Below are positions 22,919-34,295 of a stretch of DNA of 64,000 nt, in pieces; positions within the stretch are counted from its first letter, which is position 1, and each line of letters opens with the position of its first letter. Location of the stretch: positions 3,038,001 through 3,102,000 of the forward strand of contig JBHGNT010000005.1 of NCBI GenBank assembly GCA_043228905.1, written 5' to 3'. Source of the stretch: Azolla caroliniana (Eukaryota > Plantae > Polypodiophyta). The position numbers and the translations under genes were made by a program. Under the pieces are notes generated by a model. That model saw nothing but the letters and a program-made list of their open reading frames with translations, was not told the DNA's origin and made no database searches.

Positions 22919-25201
22919 ATGGTGGCAAGGGAGCCATCTGAGGGTAGTAAAACAGATTCAATGTCATCGATTAAAGTACCAACGGGAAGGGTGCTGCCCG
23001 TGCGGTGGGTGGAGTCGAGGTATGCATTACCAAGGATGGTTAATGGTCGTGAAAAGCAACAGGCTGGGAATTTGGAACATAAGGAAGCAAGAGACGCTTG
23101 GAAAGTTGTAGGGAAACATATTAATGGAGGATCTGGCAGGATATGTAAGGAATTGGTGAATCAGACAGATAAGAGGGGATGGATGGAAGAGATGATTAGG
23201 GCCCCTTCCAGTAGTATGGCTACAACCCTCTTCGCAGGTGATGGCAATGAGGATTCGCGTGTGTGGGGAGAATCAGAGGTTTGGAAAGTAGACGCACGGA
23301 AGCAAGAAGCTAGAGGAGATCATGCCAACCTTGCATTATGGCAAACAGACGAAGAGGGGCAGCGGGGACTGCAAGGAGGATCGCCTCAATGGTTGCCTAT
23401 GGTGGAGAGTGAGGCCACGGAGTACACGTTACAAGTGGAAAACCTTTTGAATGAATGTGGTCAGGCACATAATGCACATAATGCATGCATGAGAGGAGAT
23501 CATGATAATGAATTGAAAATGGTGGAGACTTCTGATGTATTGGATGTTTTTCTGTCCGAAGAAGAAAGTACAATCCTAAATGCCGAGATCAAAAGACTAA
23601 AGAAATGTTCGTTCATTTGTAAGCTATTTGGTGGTAGGCCCAATAGAGGTATGGTCCGTGATATGCTACAGGTAGCTTTAATGGATAAGGTCCCGCATAT
23701 AAAGAGCGTGGATAATATGGGACAGAATTTCTTTCACATTGAAGTGAATGAAGGGAGTGGTGTATCGCAAATTATCAATATGAAATGTGTAGAACTCAAA
23801 TATGGAAGAGCTCTGTTGTTGGAGTGGCATGCTAATTTCAATGTTATGGATGAGGCTAAGAAAATTGGTAATCCCATGGTGATATCTATGGTATTCCCTA
23901 ATCTGCCTCGACACTTATATCTGTTGATGCAAAATATTGGGGAGAAGATTGACACAATTTGTCCTTCAAAGGCAACCATGGTAGACAAAATCCGAGACTC
24001 CCCTAAGATTAGGGTGCTTGTGCAAAGTTTGTCCACACTTCCCTCCCTAATTAGAGTGCATGATGTGGAGGGAAGATTGATTGATGTGGATGTGGAATAT
24101 GAGGGTTTACCTGGCCAATGTTTCTATTGTAAAAGAAAGGGCCACATTGCCAAGGAATGTCCAAGGAAGATTAATATAAATGTAAGGGGGGAGAAGGATA
24201 CAGGGCCAATAGATAAGCAAGAGACGTTGAGGGCGTCAAGATTGAGTAACCTCAATGGGGCTGAGAAGGCGAACAATAGTGATGGTTGGACTCATGTTTT
24301 GGGACGGAAAAATGGCTTGCAACGAGTAGTCAACATGGATACGCCTCAGGCAGATTTGAGAGATCGTTTTGAAGTGTTGCAAGAAGAGGAGGACCTAGCA
24401 CAAGACTCAAAGAAAACTATTGTTGAAGAGGTGGTAGTATGTACACCTGAGGTCATGTTAAAAAGTGGAACACTTACACAAGAATCTGCCATGGGCTCCC
24501 CTTCCTCCATTGGCAAAAGTGGAAGTATGGGATTGAGAGCAATGAAAGACTGGCTGCGTAATGGGAGGTGTCAAGAAAGCTCATCCATCACTCCTGAAAT
24601 TCAGAAGTTGCAAGTGGTGGGACAAGGAAGTAAGGAGGCAAATGTTAGAGTTCCAATCAAATTTGTTAGGTCAAAAATATTGGAAGGGGACAGGCTGGAC
24701 AAGGGATATAGGTTTAGTCAGCAAGCTCTCACAAGACTGACTGATTTGTCACAAGGGGAAGCTCTAGGGCTAAGGGTTTATGTAGTTGTTGCTGAACGAA
24801 ACAAGCTGGTAGCTATAGGCATCTCTTTTGATCTAACAGACCTAGAGGTTACAACCAGTAACTTGCCACAGATCTCCAACTTTATAGAAGTTAAGGCACA
24901 CAAATACTTCCACGGCCTGCCTATCACCTGGAATGGAGATCAATGGAGGTTGATGTGGCTGAATGCTGGAATGATATGTGGGAGTTTTCATGATTCTCGC
25001 ATTAAAAAACAGATTTTACTATGCCTAGAAGAGACGATAGACTCCCTCGATGAGGTGTTGCACTTCCACGAGGAGGAAATGGCAGAAGCTACAAGGCAAT
25101 ATGTTGTTTTAGGATGGGAGAGGATCAAGGCAGGAGGTTGGGCATGGGCTCGTGGGGAGGGACTATGTCCGGCTTGGGAGACTTCACAATTGTTCTCATG
25201 A
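22919..25201 (+). CDS. L1 ORF1 protein (760 aa): DUF4283-like region, CCHC zinc knuckle, long C-terminal extension
   Basis: Open 760-aa frame. SFICKLFGGRP...MGQNFFHIE...LLEW...LP.HL...IGEKI...KIRVLV...DVEYEGLPGQCFYCKRKGHIAKECP is the typical plant L1 ORF1 core. The start codon is uncertain. Confidence 0.85.
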   Translation: MVAREPSEGSKTDSMSSIKVPTGRVLPVRWVESRYALPRMVNGREKQQAGNLEHKEARDAWKVVGKHINGGSGRICKELVNQTDKRGWMEEMIRAPSSSMATTLFAGDGNEDSRVWGESEVWKVDARKQEARGDHANLALWQTDEEGQRGLQGGSPQWLPMVESEATEYTLQVENLLNECGQAHNAHNACMRGDHDNELKMVETSDVLDVFLSEEESTILNAEIKRLKKCSFICKLFGGRPNRGMVRDMLQVALMDKVPHIKSVDNMGQNFFHIEVNEGSGVSQIINMKCVELKYGRALLLEWHANFNVMDEAKKIGNPMVISMVFPNLPRHLYLLMQNIGEKIDTICPSKATMVDKIRDSPKIRVLVQSLSTLPSLIRVHDVEGRLIDVDVEYEGLPGQCFYCKRKGHIAKECPRKININVRGEKDTGPIDKQETLRASRLSNLNGAEKANNSDGWTHVLGRKNGLQRVVNMDTPQADLRDRFEVLQEEEDLAQDSKKTIVEEVVVCTPEVMLKSGTLTQESAMGSPSSIGKSGSMGLRAMKDWLRNGRCQESSSITPEIQKLQVVGQGSKEANVRVPIKFVRSKILEGDRLDKGYRFSQQALTRLTDLSQGEALGLRVYVVVAERNKLVAIGISFDLTDLEVTTSNLPQISNFIEVKAHKYFHGLPITWNGDQWRLMWLNAGMICGSFHDSRIKKQILLCLEETIDSLDEVLHFHEEEMAEATRQYVVLGWERIKAGGWAWARGEGLCPAWETSQLFS

Positions 25202-28200
25202 AATTAATCACGTGGAACATACAAGGTCTAGGCGGTAGCAAATGTATGTTGGAGAGGAAGAACCTCCGCCAAGAGTTCAAATCCCCTAGCTTTAGGGGTA
25301 TCCCAGACATTTTGCTCTTGCAAGAGCACCATTTGAGTGTGAACAGAATCTCGAGTATTGGCAATCCTCTAGCGGGGGATTGGCATACTTTTTGGTCCCC
25401 AACACAAGGTGAGCATGGTAGAAAAGGGGGTGTTTGTACATCTATCAAGAATAATCCAGATATTATTGTTGTGGACCAAGGCACCATCGTGGAGGGACGT
25501 GCCATCTATGTGACGGTCAGATGGCAACAACGTATCATTGGAATAATAAATGTGTACGCGCCCAATTCGATAGCGATGCGGGCCCTTTTTTGAAGGCATT
25601 TGGCCGATGGATTGTCGATGGCAGATGCATGGATCCTCGCAGGGGATTTTAACATGACTTTGCACACAGAGGACAAGGTGGGGGGCATGCATACGGCGGT
25701 GCAGGGGTCAGAGTTAGTTGCATGGGATTTGTTGATGGGCAGAATGGGAGTGAAAGATGCTTGGTATGTACTAAAAAAGCCTCAGAGCTCGCTATGCTTC
25801 TCAAGAGTAGGCTGCAATATAAATGGCTATTGTATGTCTCGCATAGACAGAATACACATAAGCTCGGAACTGGAAAAATATGGCAGCAATGTTGAAATCA
25901 TCGCAGGTTCAGCTTACTCTGATCACATGCTGGTTACGATTACGCTGGTCACTCAGAGGCTGAACAAAAGGGACTGCAACTTAAGGATTAGTAGTAAACT
26001 TTTTGAGGATGTGGAGGTGAGAAGTAAGATAAGGAGTATATGGGAAAATAATCTAGTTGGTTGCGGTGCTTTGGATAATCTTCAAGGAAAGATTATTGAA
26101 ACTTCAAAGTATTCGCATGAAGAGACTAAAAATAGATTTGAGAGGTCCAAGGAAAGAGAGGTGAGACTAAGAAGATCGATAGTGGTTGCCCAAAGAATGC
26201 TTCAGAAAAATCCCAAGTGTCTTTGGTCGAGATCAGGTCTGGAGGCTGCTAAAGAAACACTACAGCGACTGATTGTGTCAAGAAATAAGATGGTATTAAG
26301 GAGTTCAACAGCTTGGTGGAGCAGGAATGGGGACAAGGTGAACCAACAATTTTTTAAGTTTAAAAAACTGAGCACAAATGGTAACTTCAATCCTAAATTG
26401 ATCAAGGAGGATGGTTCACTGTCAGAAGATGTATCGGAGATCATGGAGGCAGTCACATCTCACTATAGTGGGCTACTATCAAATATTTATAGTCTCCCAA
26501 CCCAGCCTTCGCTGGCAGAATTTGTATTGGAGGGAATGCAACCAAGAATTTCAGAGGTTGCACAAGTTAAGTTGTCAGGGCCACTCTTGGAAGAAGAGGT
26601 GTCAAACGCTTTGGCAAGTATATGTAGTACATCTTGTCCAGGCGACGACGGATTATCAAAAGATTTTTATGAAATTTTTTGGGAACTAATTAAGGTTGAC
26701 CTGATTGCTGGACTAAATTAGGCATGGGATGATGGGTACCTCCATGAACATTTTAAAGAGGGACTAATATTTCTAATTCCTAAGGTAAAGGGTATAGTTA
26801 CGGATGTGAGACAATGGAGACCGATTACACTGCTCAACACAATCTATAAGATTTTTTCTAATATGCTGGCCAAGAGGGTCAAACCCCTCTTACATGCGCT
26901 AATTAGTGTTGGACAAACAGGATTCATGGAAAATAGATGTATAATTGATAATGTGTTGACCTTTTGGGAAGCGATTGCCCTGGCGAAGAAAACCAATCAA
27001 CATATTGCATGCCTCATGCTTGACTTTGAGAAGGCATATGACAGAGTACAGTGGCCTTTTTTAGACAAAGTCATGGAGCGGTTGGGACTACCCTCAAAAT
27101 GGAGAGCAGCTGTGTTGGCCGTTTACAAAGGAAGCTTGAGTAGGGTGTTGGTATTAGGGCAACGGGTCCCATCAATGCCATTATGCAAGTCTGTCCGGCA
27201 GGGGTGCCCATTGGCCCCCTATCTTTATTTATTTATTTCAGAGGCATTCTATTTCTTTCTAAATAGACCGGATGCAGGAATTCAGGGTTTGGTTGTCCCA
27301 CATGCTTGCAAGGACTTGTTGGACTCCATGTATGCAGATGACACTATGCTCTATTTGCAAGGCAATGATGCTAATTTACAGCAGGCTGAAAAACGGATTG
27401 AGTTGTTTTGTGAAGCATCAGGGGGGAAAATTAATTGGAAAAAAAGTAGAGGGTTTTGGGTAAGTCCAAACTCCAGGCCGCATTGGCAACCTAATGCTGA
27501 TTTTCAATGGGTTCCTAATGGAAGGGCGGTTAAGTATTTGGGCTTTTTGGTGGGAGTAGAGATTCAGAAAAATCAGCAGCTTGAGCAAGTGAAAGACAAA
27601 ATAAGAAAAAAGCTTCGGTTATGGACATCAATAAAGCTTTCCCTTGCAGGTAGAGTGGTTGTGGTAAACCACATTTTGTTGGCCACCATGTGGCACTCGT
27701 TGGCATGTTGGATGTTAGATAAAGATTGCATCAAAAATATTAAGGCAATGGTGAGAGGGTTCCTTTGGTCGGGTAGAGACCATGAGACAGCGTCAGCTAA
27801 AGTGGCCTGGAGTTGTTTGATCAAGGAAAGAAGTCAAGGTGGACTTGGGCTGGTGGATTCGGTTCACCAAAGTAAGGCTTTACTTGGTAATCTCTTGGTG
27901 CGAAGTCTCCAACCTGGACCAGAATTGTGGAAATTGCTTCTTAGAGATAGAGCTAAACTTTGGTGTCTGAGGAATGGCGGCCCTTGGACGGCAAAGACAT
28001 GGTGGCTGTTTAGTCCAGGTCTAACGTTAAAAGAACCTACTAGCATGGAGGATAGGGTGGCCCGCTCCATAATGAGGGCATGGTCAAGTTTAAGAGAGGG
28101 GCTTGTCTTAATGCAACCAAAAACAATGGAGGAACAACTCCGTCAACCTCTATTTTGGAACCCCAGGATTCGAAGTGATGATGGTATGATGCTTGGTCAG

Positions 28201-29496
28201 AAAAAATACTTGCCATGGGGAAAAATGGTAGAGTACAATGTTAGTTCAGTAAGAGACTGGGAGGAGTTCAAAAGGAGAAGAAGGGAGGGACTGGTTGGTA
28301 GCCCTAGATTTACTGGCAGGCTGGAAAAGATTACCCATTTGATAGATAAGGTTGTTGATGGTCTAGCTAGGATGAATGAAGAAGAGGGGGTCTGGTTTGG
28401 GTGGTTTGTGGGTGAGGACGATGCACAAATTATCCGAGGCAGGTGCCCATCTAATAAGTATTGGTGGTGGGGCAACCTAAGTGCTTTGGCAGACAATGGC
28501 CAGTGGTTGGCAATACGAGTGGCAATGCTAGAAGGTAAGAAGTGGCAAGTAAACCCGGACCCAGGGAAGCTGCAATCTTATTGTAAGCTTTGGATAGTTG
28601 ACAACAAGCCCATATGTGATCTGGATTGGGATCCACTAGAGGTGTGGTGGCAGAAACCGAGAACAGACAAACTTGAACGGTTTTTCGAGTACACTACCAA
28701 GCTAGGAAGGCAAATCATTGGATCTAAATCGATGGGTGTTGCCCTAACTCGCAATAGCTGGAAGGATAATGGCATTTCTGATGGCTGGTTGAAGTCATTT
28801 TGGAGGAGGCTATGGGCGTTCGATATGCCAAAAAAAATAAAGCTTTGGTTGTGGCTTCTCAGTCACAAAGCTGTACCAGTGGGGGAGTGGCTTAGGTGTC
28901 GTGGTGGTGAGGCTGGATGCAAAATTTGTGGTCACCATTTGGAATCAATTCCTCATTGTTTTTGGAATTGTAACGAGGCTATTAACATTTGGGGTAGAAG
29001 TTTCCGGATAGTGGCAGCATGCGGCGTGAATGGGAGAGTTGTATGGGGATCCGTACAGGGGCTGAAGTTAACAGGGGAAGGTTGGGCTGAACAGTTAAAC
29101 CCTCACGGACATGGATTTATAGTGCAAGGTGGCAAGGTGTTTCAACGGGCTGGAGTTCGACCTAGCACTAACTCAGAACTTTTTGAAGAGATATGGAGGA
29201 TGGTGGCTTGTTTATCGGTCTGGCACATTTGGACCAACCGATGTAAGTTTGTTTTTCAACAACAAAAGATCCCTAGTGGTGAGGTATTAATAAATATCTA
29301 GTTTGAGTTGGTCTCTTGGCTGCGGGGACGATACGACTCGATTAAGGGGGAATCTGATGCAGCTGAAAGATCTCGATCAAAGTTCTTGCCGAAATGGGGT
29401 AATTCTCCTATGGTCGGTAGATCATCGTCAGGGCCTCAATGGCACTACCAAGCACCCCGATGGTTGTTCCCCCCAATAGTTTCCAACAACGTCTAG
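25198..29496 (+). pseudogene. L1 ORF2 (APE endonuclease - RT - zf-RVT, no RNase H), ~1432 codons with three in-frame nonsense codons
   Basis: ORFs 25114-25593, 25600-26721, 26806-29301 and 29308-29496 are all in one frame. APE motifs: MKLITWNIQGL, LQE, NVYAPN, AGDFN, SRIDR, SDH. RT motifs: WRPITLLN, LDFEKAYD, RQGCPLAP, YADD, YLG. zf-RVT: CKIC...ESIPHCFWNC. Stops at 25591, 26719 and 29299. Confidence 0.93.
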
Positions 29497-30892
29497 GTGC
29501 TGTAAATTTATATAGTTATGGTACAAATAACTAGGTTATTAGAGTTGTTTGGATACGTTTGTTGAAAATGAGGTGGGGACTATGTCCGCTTTGGTGGGAA
29601 GGCCAGAGTGAGGGCTGTTGAGAGGAATTTTGAGAGTTCTATGATGTAATTTTGTTTGCTAACTAATGCGAAGCAGTATTTTTTTGGAAAAAAAAAGAGT
29701 TGATATTAGAAGACCATTTTTTTTATACCTCTTTATATTGGGTTATATTTGAACCTTCTTAGAGTAGTTCAAGCAACCAAGGGCTTGTTCTTGTAGTATA
29801 CCAATGCATGCCATTTCCATTTGGGGAACAAAATCATCTTCTAGTAATTGTTTTGTCCATTGAGCTTTCCATACATTTATCAAATCATGTATGTTTTTCC
29901 ACATTGTTGTTTATTGTTCATCGACATCTTCATCAAACTTTGTTTGAGACCTTGTACACACAGAATGCTTAACTATTAGAATAATCAAGTTTTGGTGTTT
30001 TTAAAGGATATGAATAACAATTGTGAATAAGCTTCATGTTACATCTGCAAACAAAATTTCTTTGTGGATAGTTGTAACCTTTTCATGCACAATTAAACCA
30101 TCTTACTGTTTTCCAATCTCTAATTTGTGGAATAAAGTTTTACTATGCACTTTCATTTTACCACAATTCCTTATGTATTGTCACCTTCATCACCAATAAA
30201 GTTTCTTATGCCTAAAATCCAAAAAACTTTCTCTCTTGAGTTCCGCTTTATATTGTACCTATTATGTTGTGTATGTCCTAAGTTGTCGTATTATTAGGCA
30301 TGCCTAAACATATGTTGCATAGTACAATAATATTCTTCACATTTGTCTCTTTTGTCTCAAATGCCCAATGACGTTCCTCGTGTAGGGAGAGTATAACAAC
30401 TGCTATGATATTTCACCCCATGGTTATAATTTAGGTTCATGTTTTACTGCAACAGATGTTTTTAACTGAATTGTCAAAATTTGCTAAGTTTATTGTAAAT
30501 TTAATCTTTAACTTATTACAGTGTGAATAACACATCACTATCACATATTGTATACATTCGTGTTCAATGTTTATGTGATCAATTCAATTAATTGGAAACC
30601 AAGAAAAGGTTGACCACATCCATAATATGCGACAAATAGAATCATAGATCAATATAGTAAAATACAATCACAAATGTCATCATCTAATAAAAAAACATTG
30701 AAATGAATATGATACGCATAGAATGAGGAGATCATAATAATATGGTCAAAGAGAGCGAGAGTAAGATAAGGAAGGGAAACAAGTAATATGTGTCTTCCTA
30801 TATACTAGTATTCACTCACGAGACTTCTCAATGCCAACTTATATCAACATGAAAGAGGTGAGGTCGCACCTCAATGAGGTATCCACTTTCTT

Positions 30893-32200
30893 CTTCTTTT
30901 TTAAAAGAAAGATGCACCTTAGTATATTACTTGAAAACTCTACATAGAAATAACAGAAGGAAACATTTCATCTCACTTCTTATTGTAAGATACAAAAGCT
31001 AGTACATCTGATCAAACATATGATGTCATATATGAAACAAGTAGAACAATACTATCAACTATCCAACAGAAAAGAAGGTATGTCATAATTCCACTTCGGA
31101 CCTACAGTTGTATCCGAAAATAAGTGAAGTCCTTGCCATCGGTTCTTATAGGACATCATCTGAACCTTGCAAATCATCATATATGACCATGTAGTGTGTG
31201 AACAAACAACATCCAAAATTCAATAAGCATAGTGTTAAGATGTATGTGGGCATTGTTAAAAATAGAGTCACATCTCGGTTTCCATATTATCCAAAGAGCC
31301 AATGATGTAATAATACGCCAAATGACCAGATTTTTAATTATGAACCGTGGAATAGAAGAAGGAAATGAGGTGAGAGAGAGGTGTCCATAAGAAAAAGGAA
31401 AAACATGAGAAGCATGCGTACTTTCATACCTCATAACCTCTCCATGAAGGACACCCCCACAATACTGCACCCCAAGAGAATATTGAACGAGAGTAGTGTT
31501 GTCTCAACAATAAAAACAACTTACTCCAAAATTTCTTGATCTTGGAACATAACCAAAACACACGCAAAATCAATTCAATAGGTGCACCTTAATGCAATCC
31601 ACAAGCATATTGTTGATGTTGTCTCAACCAATCACCAACAAGAAGATCATAACGAATCAACAACCAAAGAAAGCAAATAACTTTTTTCGGCAACTGCATG
31701 CTCCACAACCATTTCCAAAATTTTGCAAGTTGTAATTCTTGCACATTATTCTCAAACCAGTGCTTCATGGCAGCAGGGCATTTATACTTTGACAACAACA
31801 ACAAATTTCTACCTAGCTTAACCGAATAATGGAAAAACTCCAAATGTTTACCATTTCCACCAAAACTCGGTTTTTTCCTTTGATAATCAGTCGGATCCTA
31901 GTCCAAATTATGAAGAGGTTTTTTTTTAAAAACCCACAATGAGCAATACAACAAGCATTCTTGAAAGGGTGGATCCAAAGACCATTTTTTTTCCCGATTT
32001 TGCAACTACTTGAATAGCCCAAGTGTTGGTGGACATGGCTACTGATTTTGTTATCAAACATCACAAAGTCTCGTGATTTTCTATTTGTCAACCAACAAGC
32101 ATTAGGTTAAATCAAGCACAACTTATGGCTTATGAAACTAAAAGAATCGCAACCGCTTGGACGTTATAAAATTGGTGGGGCAAATTTATTGCTGATGAAA
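30893..32200 (-). mobile_element. 5'-truncated L1 copy (same family as 14565-15872)
   Basis: ORFs 31177-31470 and 31589-31843 (FFHYSVKLGRNL...KFWKWLWSMQLPKKVICFLWLL; LALWIIWKPRCDSIFN), with high nucleotide similarity to 14.67-15.87 kb. The ~31910-32200 part may be an inverted upstream piece, so the right boundary is uncertain. Confidence 0.8.
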
Positions 32201-34295
32201 CCTTGGTAGTTTAAAAACAAGCCTAGTCTTTCTAAAGTTGAAAATATTTTGCTTCTCTTTGGCTAAATATTAGCTATATTATCTTAACTTATTGGCAAAT
32301 TAGGCCAATCTTTAACAAAATATAACTCCTGATGATTTTACTAGTGGGTTAATGCATTTAATCAAGTAAGAACCCAAAAAACATGGTACTCATGCACTTC
32401 TAAGTAGATGTTTTTTTTAGAACTTGACCCCCCCATATGTGTACATCACACATTTAATCAAGCATGAACCAATCAAAACATGGTATTTATAAGTACTACG
32501 AAGGTTGTGTTTGTTTTAAAAGTAATGATATTGTCACAAAATTACATACAATTATAAGTGTGCACACACAATAAGAACATATCCATTCTTGCATTTCATC
32601 ACTATTACCAACCTATCCATTTCCTTCAAGCTCAAGCACAATGTGAAGGTCTTAAATTTTAATCATCTTTAGTATGAATTGATGTGATTATTTTTTTCCA
32701 AGAAACAAACAAAAATAGATTGGTCTAGTTAAAGCATGAACAAGATTAAATAGAAGTTTTGTAGAGAAAGCAGATTTGTTGGTTTAAAAGGCATGATCAA
32801 TTGTGTATTGGTGCAAATTGTATTGTTTGTTGCAAGTGGAAGGATGAACTATTTAAGTGGTCCAAATTTATTGTTGCTTAACTCATGGATGAAGGTGGGG
32901 GAGGTCAATTCTAATATATGTACTCAAAATCACATGTTCTAGTAACCAACATCTCTATACTAGCTATAATGTTTCCAAACTTGATCTTGTGAAAGGTAGT
33001 GTAAAGTAGCTCCAATTTGGCAAAAACATTACTATAGAGATCTCATACCATAACACGTAAAGATATATTCCAACAATTAAGTCCCAACGTTGAGAGACAT
33101 GATATTATCCTTTAGTTCCTTTTATTGGAGATTTTCCTACATTGCTCGAACATTTTGGATTGAGATTTAAGGAGTATAAGAGTTGGGAAGGACCTACAAT
33201 AGGATACCACACCTTATTTATACCAACATACTGGAACAATATCATCATCATAGAAAATGTTTGTGTTGTTGCTCCATCACACAATATGGAGATGAGAACT
33301 TTATCCACATAAAAGACAACTCGAAACTACACATGATTGATTATAAATCCAATATATTTTCACATCATACATCAAAGATGCACATATTGAAATATCCAAC
33401 AAATCACAAACCCTGTCTACTCTAGATTCTCATTCCAATTTCATAAATATTTCACAACCCTTTGGCACCATCCAACCACTATACTCTCTACATTCACACC
33501 CCTCAAAGTACAAACTATCTTCTATCACCCAAACACTAGATTGTCAAAGTGATACAACAAAATTTGAACAATATATTGGCTTGTTACTTTGAACCAACGC
33601 ATGTATATTTTATCCATCAAGGCTCAAATCAAATGCATCCTACAATATATTTATTTTGCACAATGCTATTTCAGTCAATCATTCTAACGTACGTATAAAA
33701 CTCGCCACATATAGGCATAACCACCTTCATTTCTTACACATTTATGTAGCCCTTAACTTGCATTTACCTATTTAAACACCATGCATATCCATAGTCAGGG
33801 GATGAAGACACAAAAACCACTATGCCAAAGATCCTTTACGGGATTGGTTGTTCAAATGCACCATCTTCTCAGTTTATCAAGTCCCTCTCCAATGTTATAT
33901 ACAATAACTAGGAATCGTAGAGTCACTAGCTTCTTGAGACATATTAAAGCTACTTCATGTATAAATGTACCTTACAAGAATATATATCCATGTACACAGC
34001 ATGGACCATTTTGCTATTATTCACTTATTGAATATATTTGGAATACTAACAATGAGAACCAGATTTTCTTATTAATCCATATTGACTACTGAAAATATTT
34101 GAGGTAATAGCATGGCAATAACATGAAACTGAAGTAGATCATTCTATTACAAATAGCATACGTTGACATGCAGATTATTTCATGGAAAAGAATGAGAGCC
34201 TCATTGAATGTGTTGGTCAGAGTTTTGAAGGTGTATGGAAGCAATATATATCTAGATAACAAGGATTCCAGATTTGGACCCATTAGGTGTGGAGT

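Larger units (their letters stand above)
22391..29695 (+). mobile_element. Near-complete L1-clade LINE (~7.3 kb) with TSD
   Basis: TSD AGTTGATATTAGA at 22378-22390 and 29698-29710 (15 bp with one mismatch). Contains ORF1 and ORF2, a 3' UTR ending TAACTAATGCGAAGCAGTATTTTTTTGG, and a poly(A). Confidence 0.95.
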
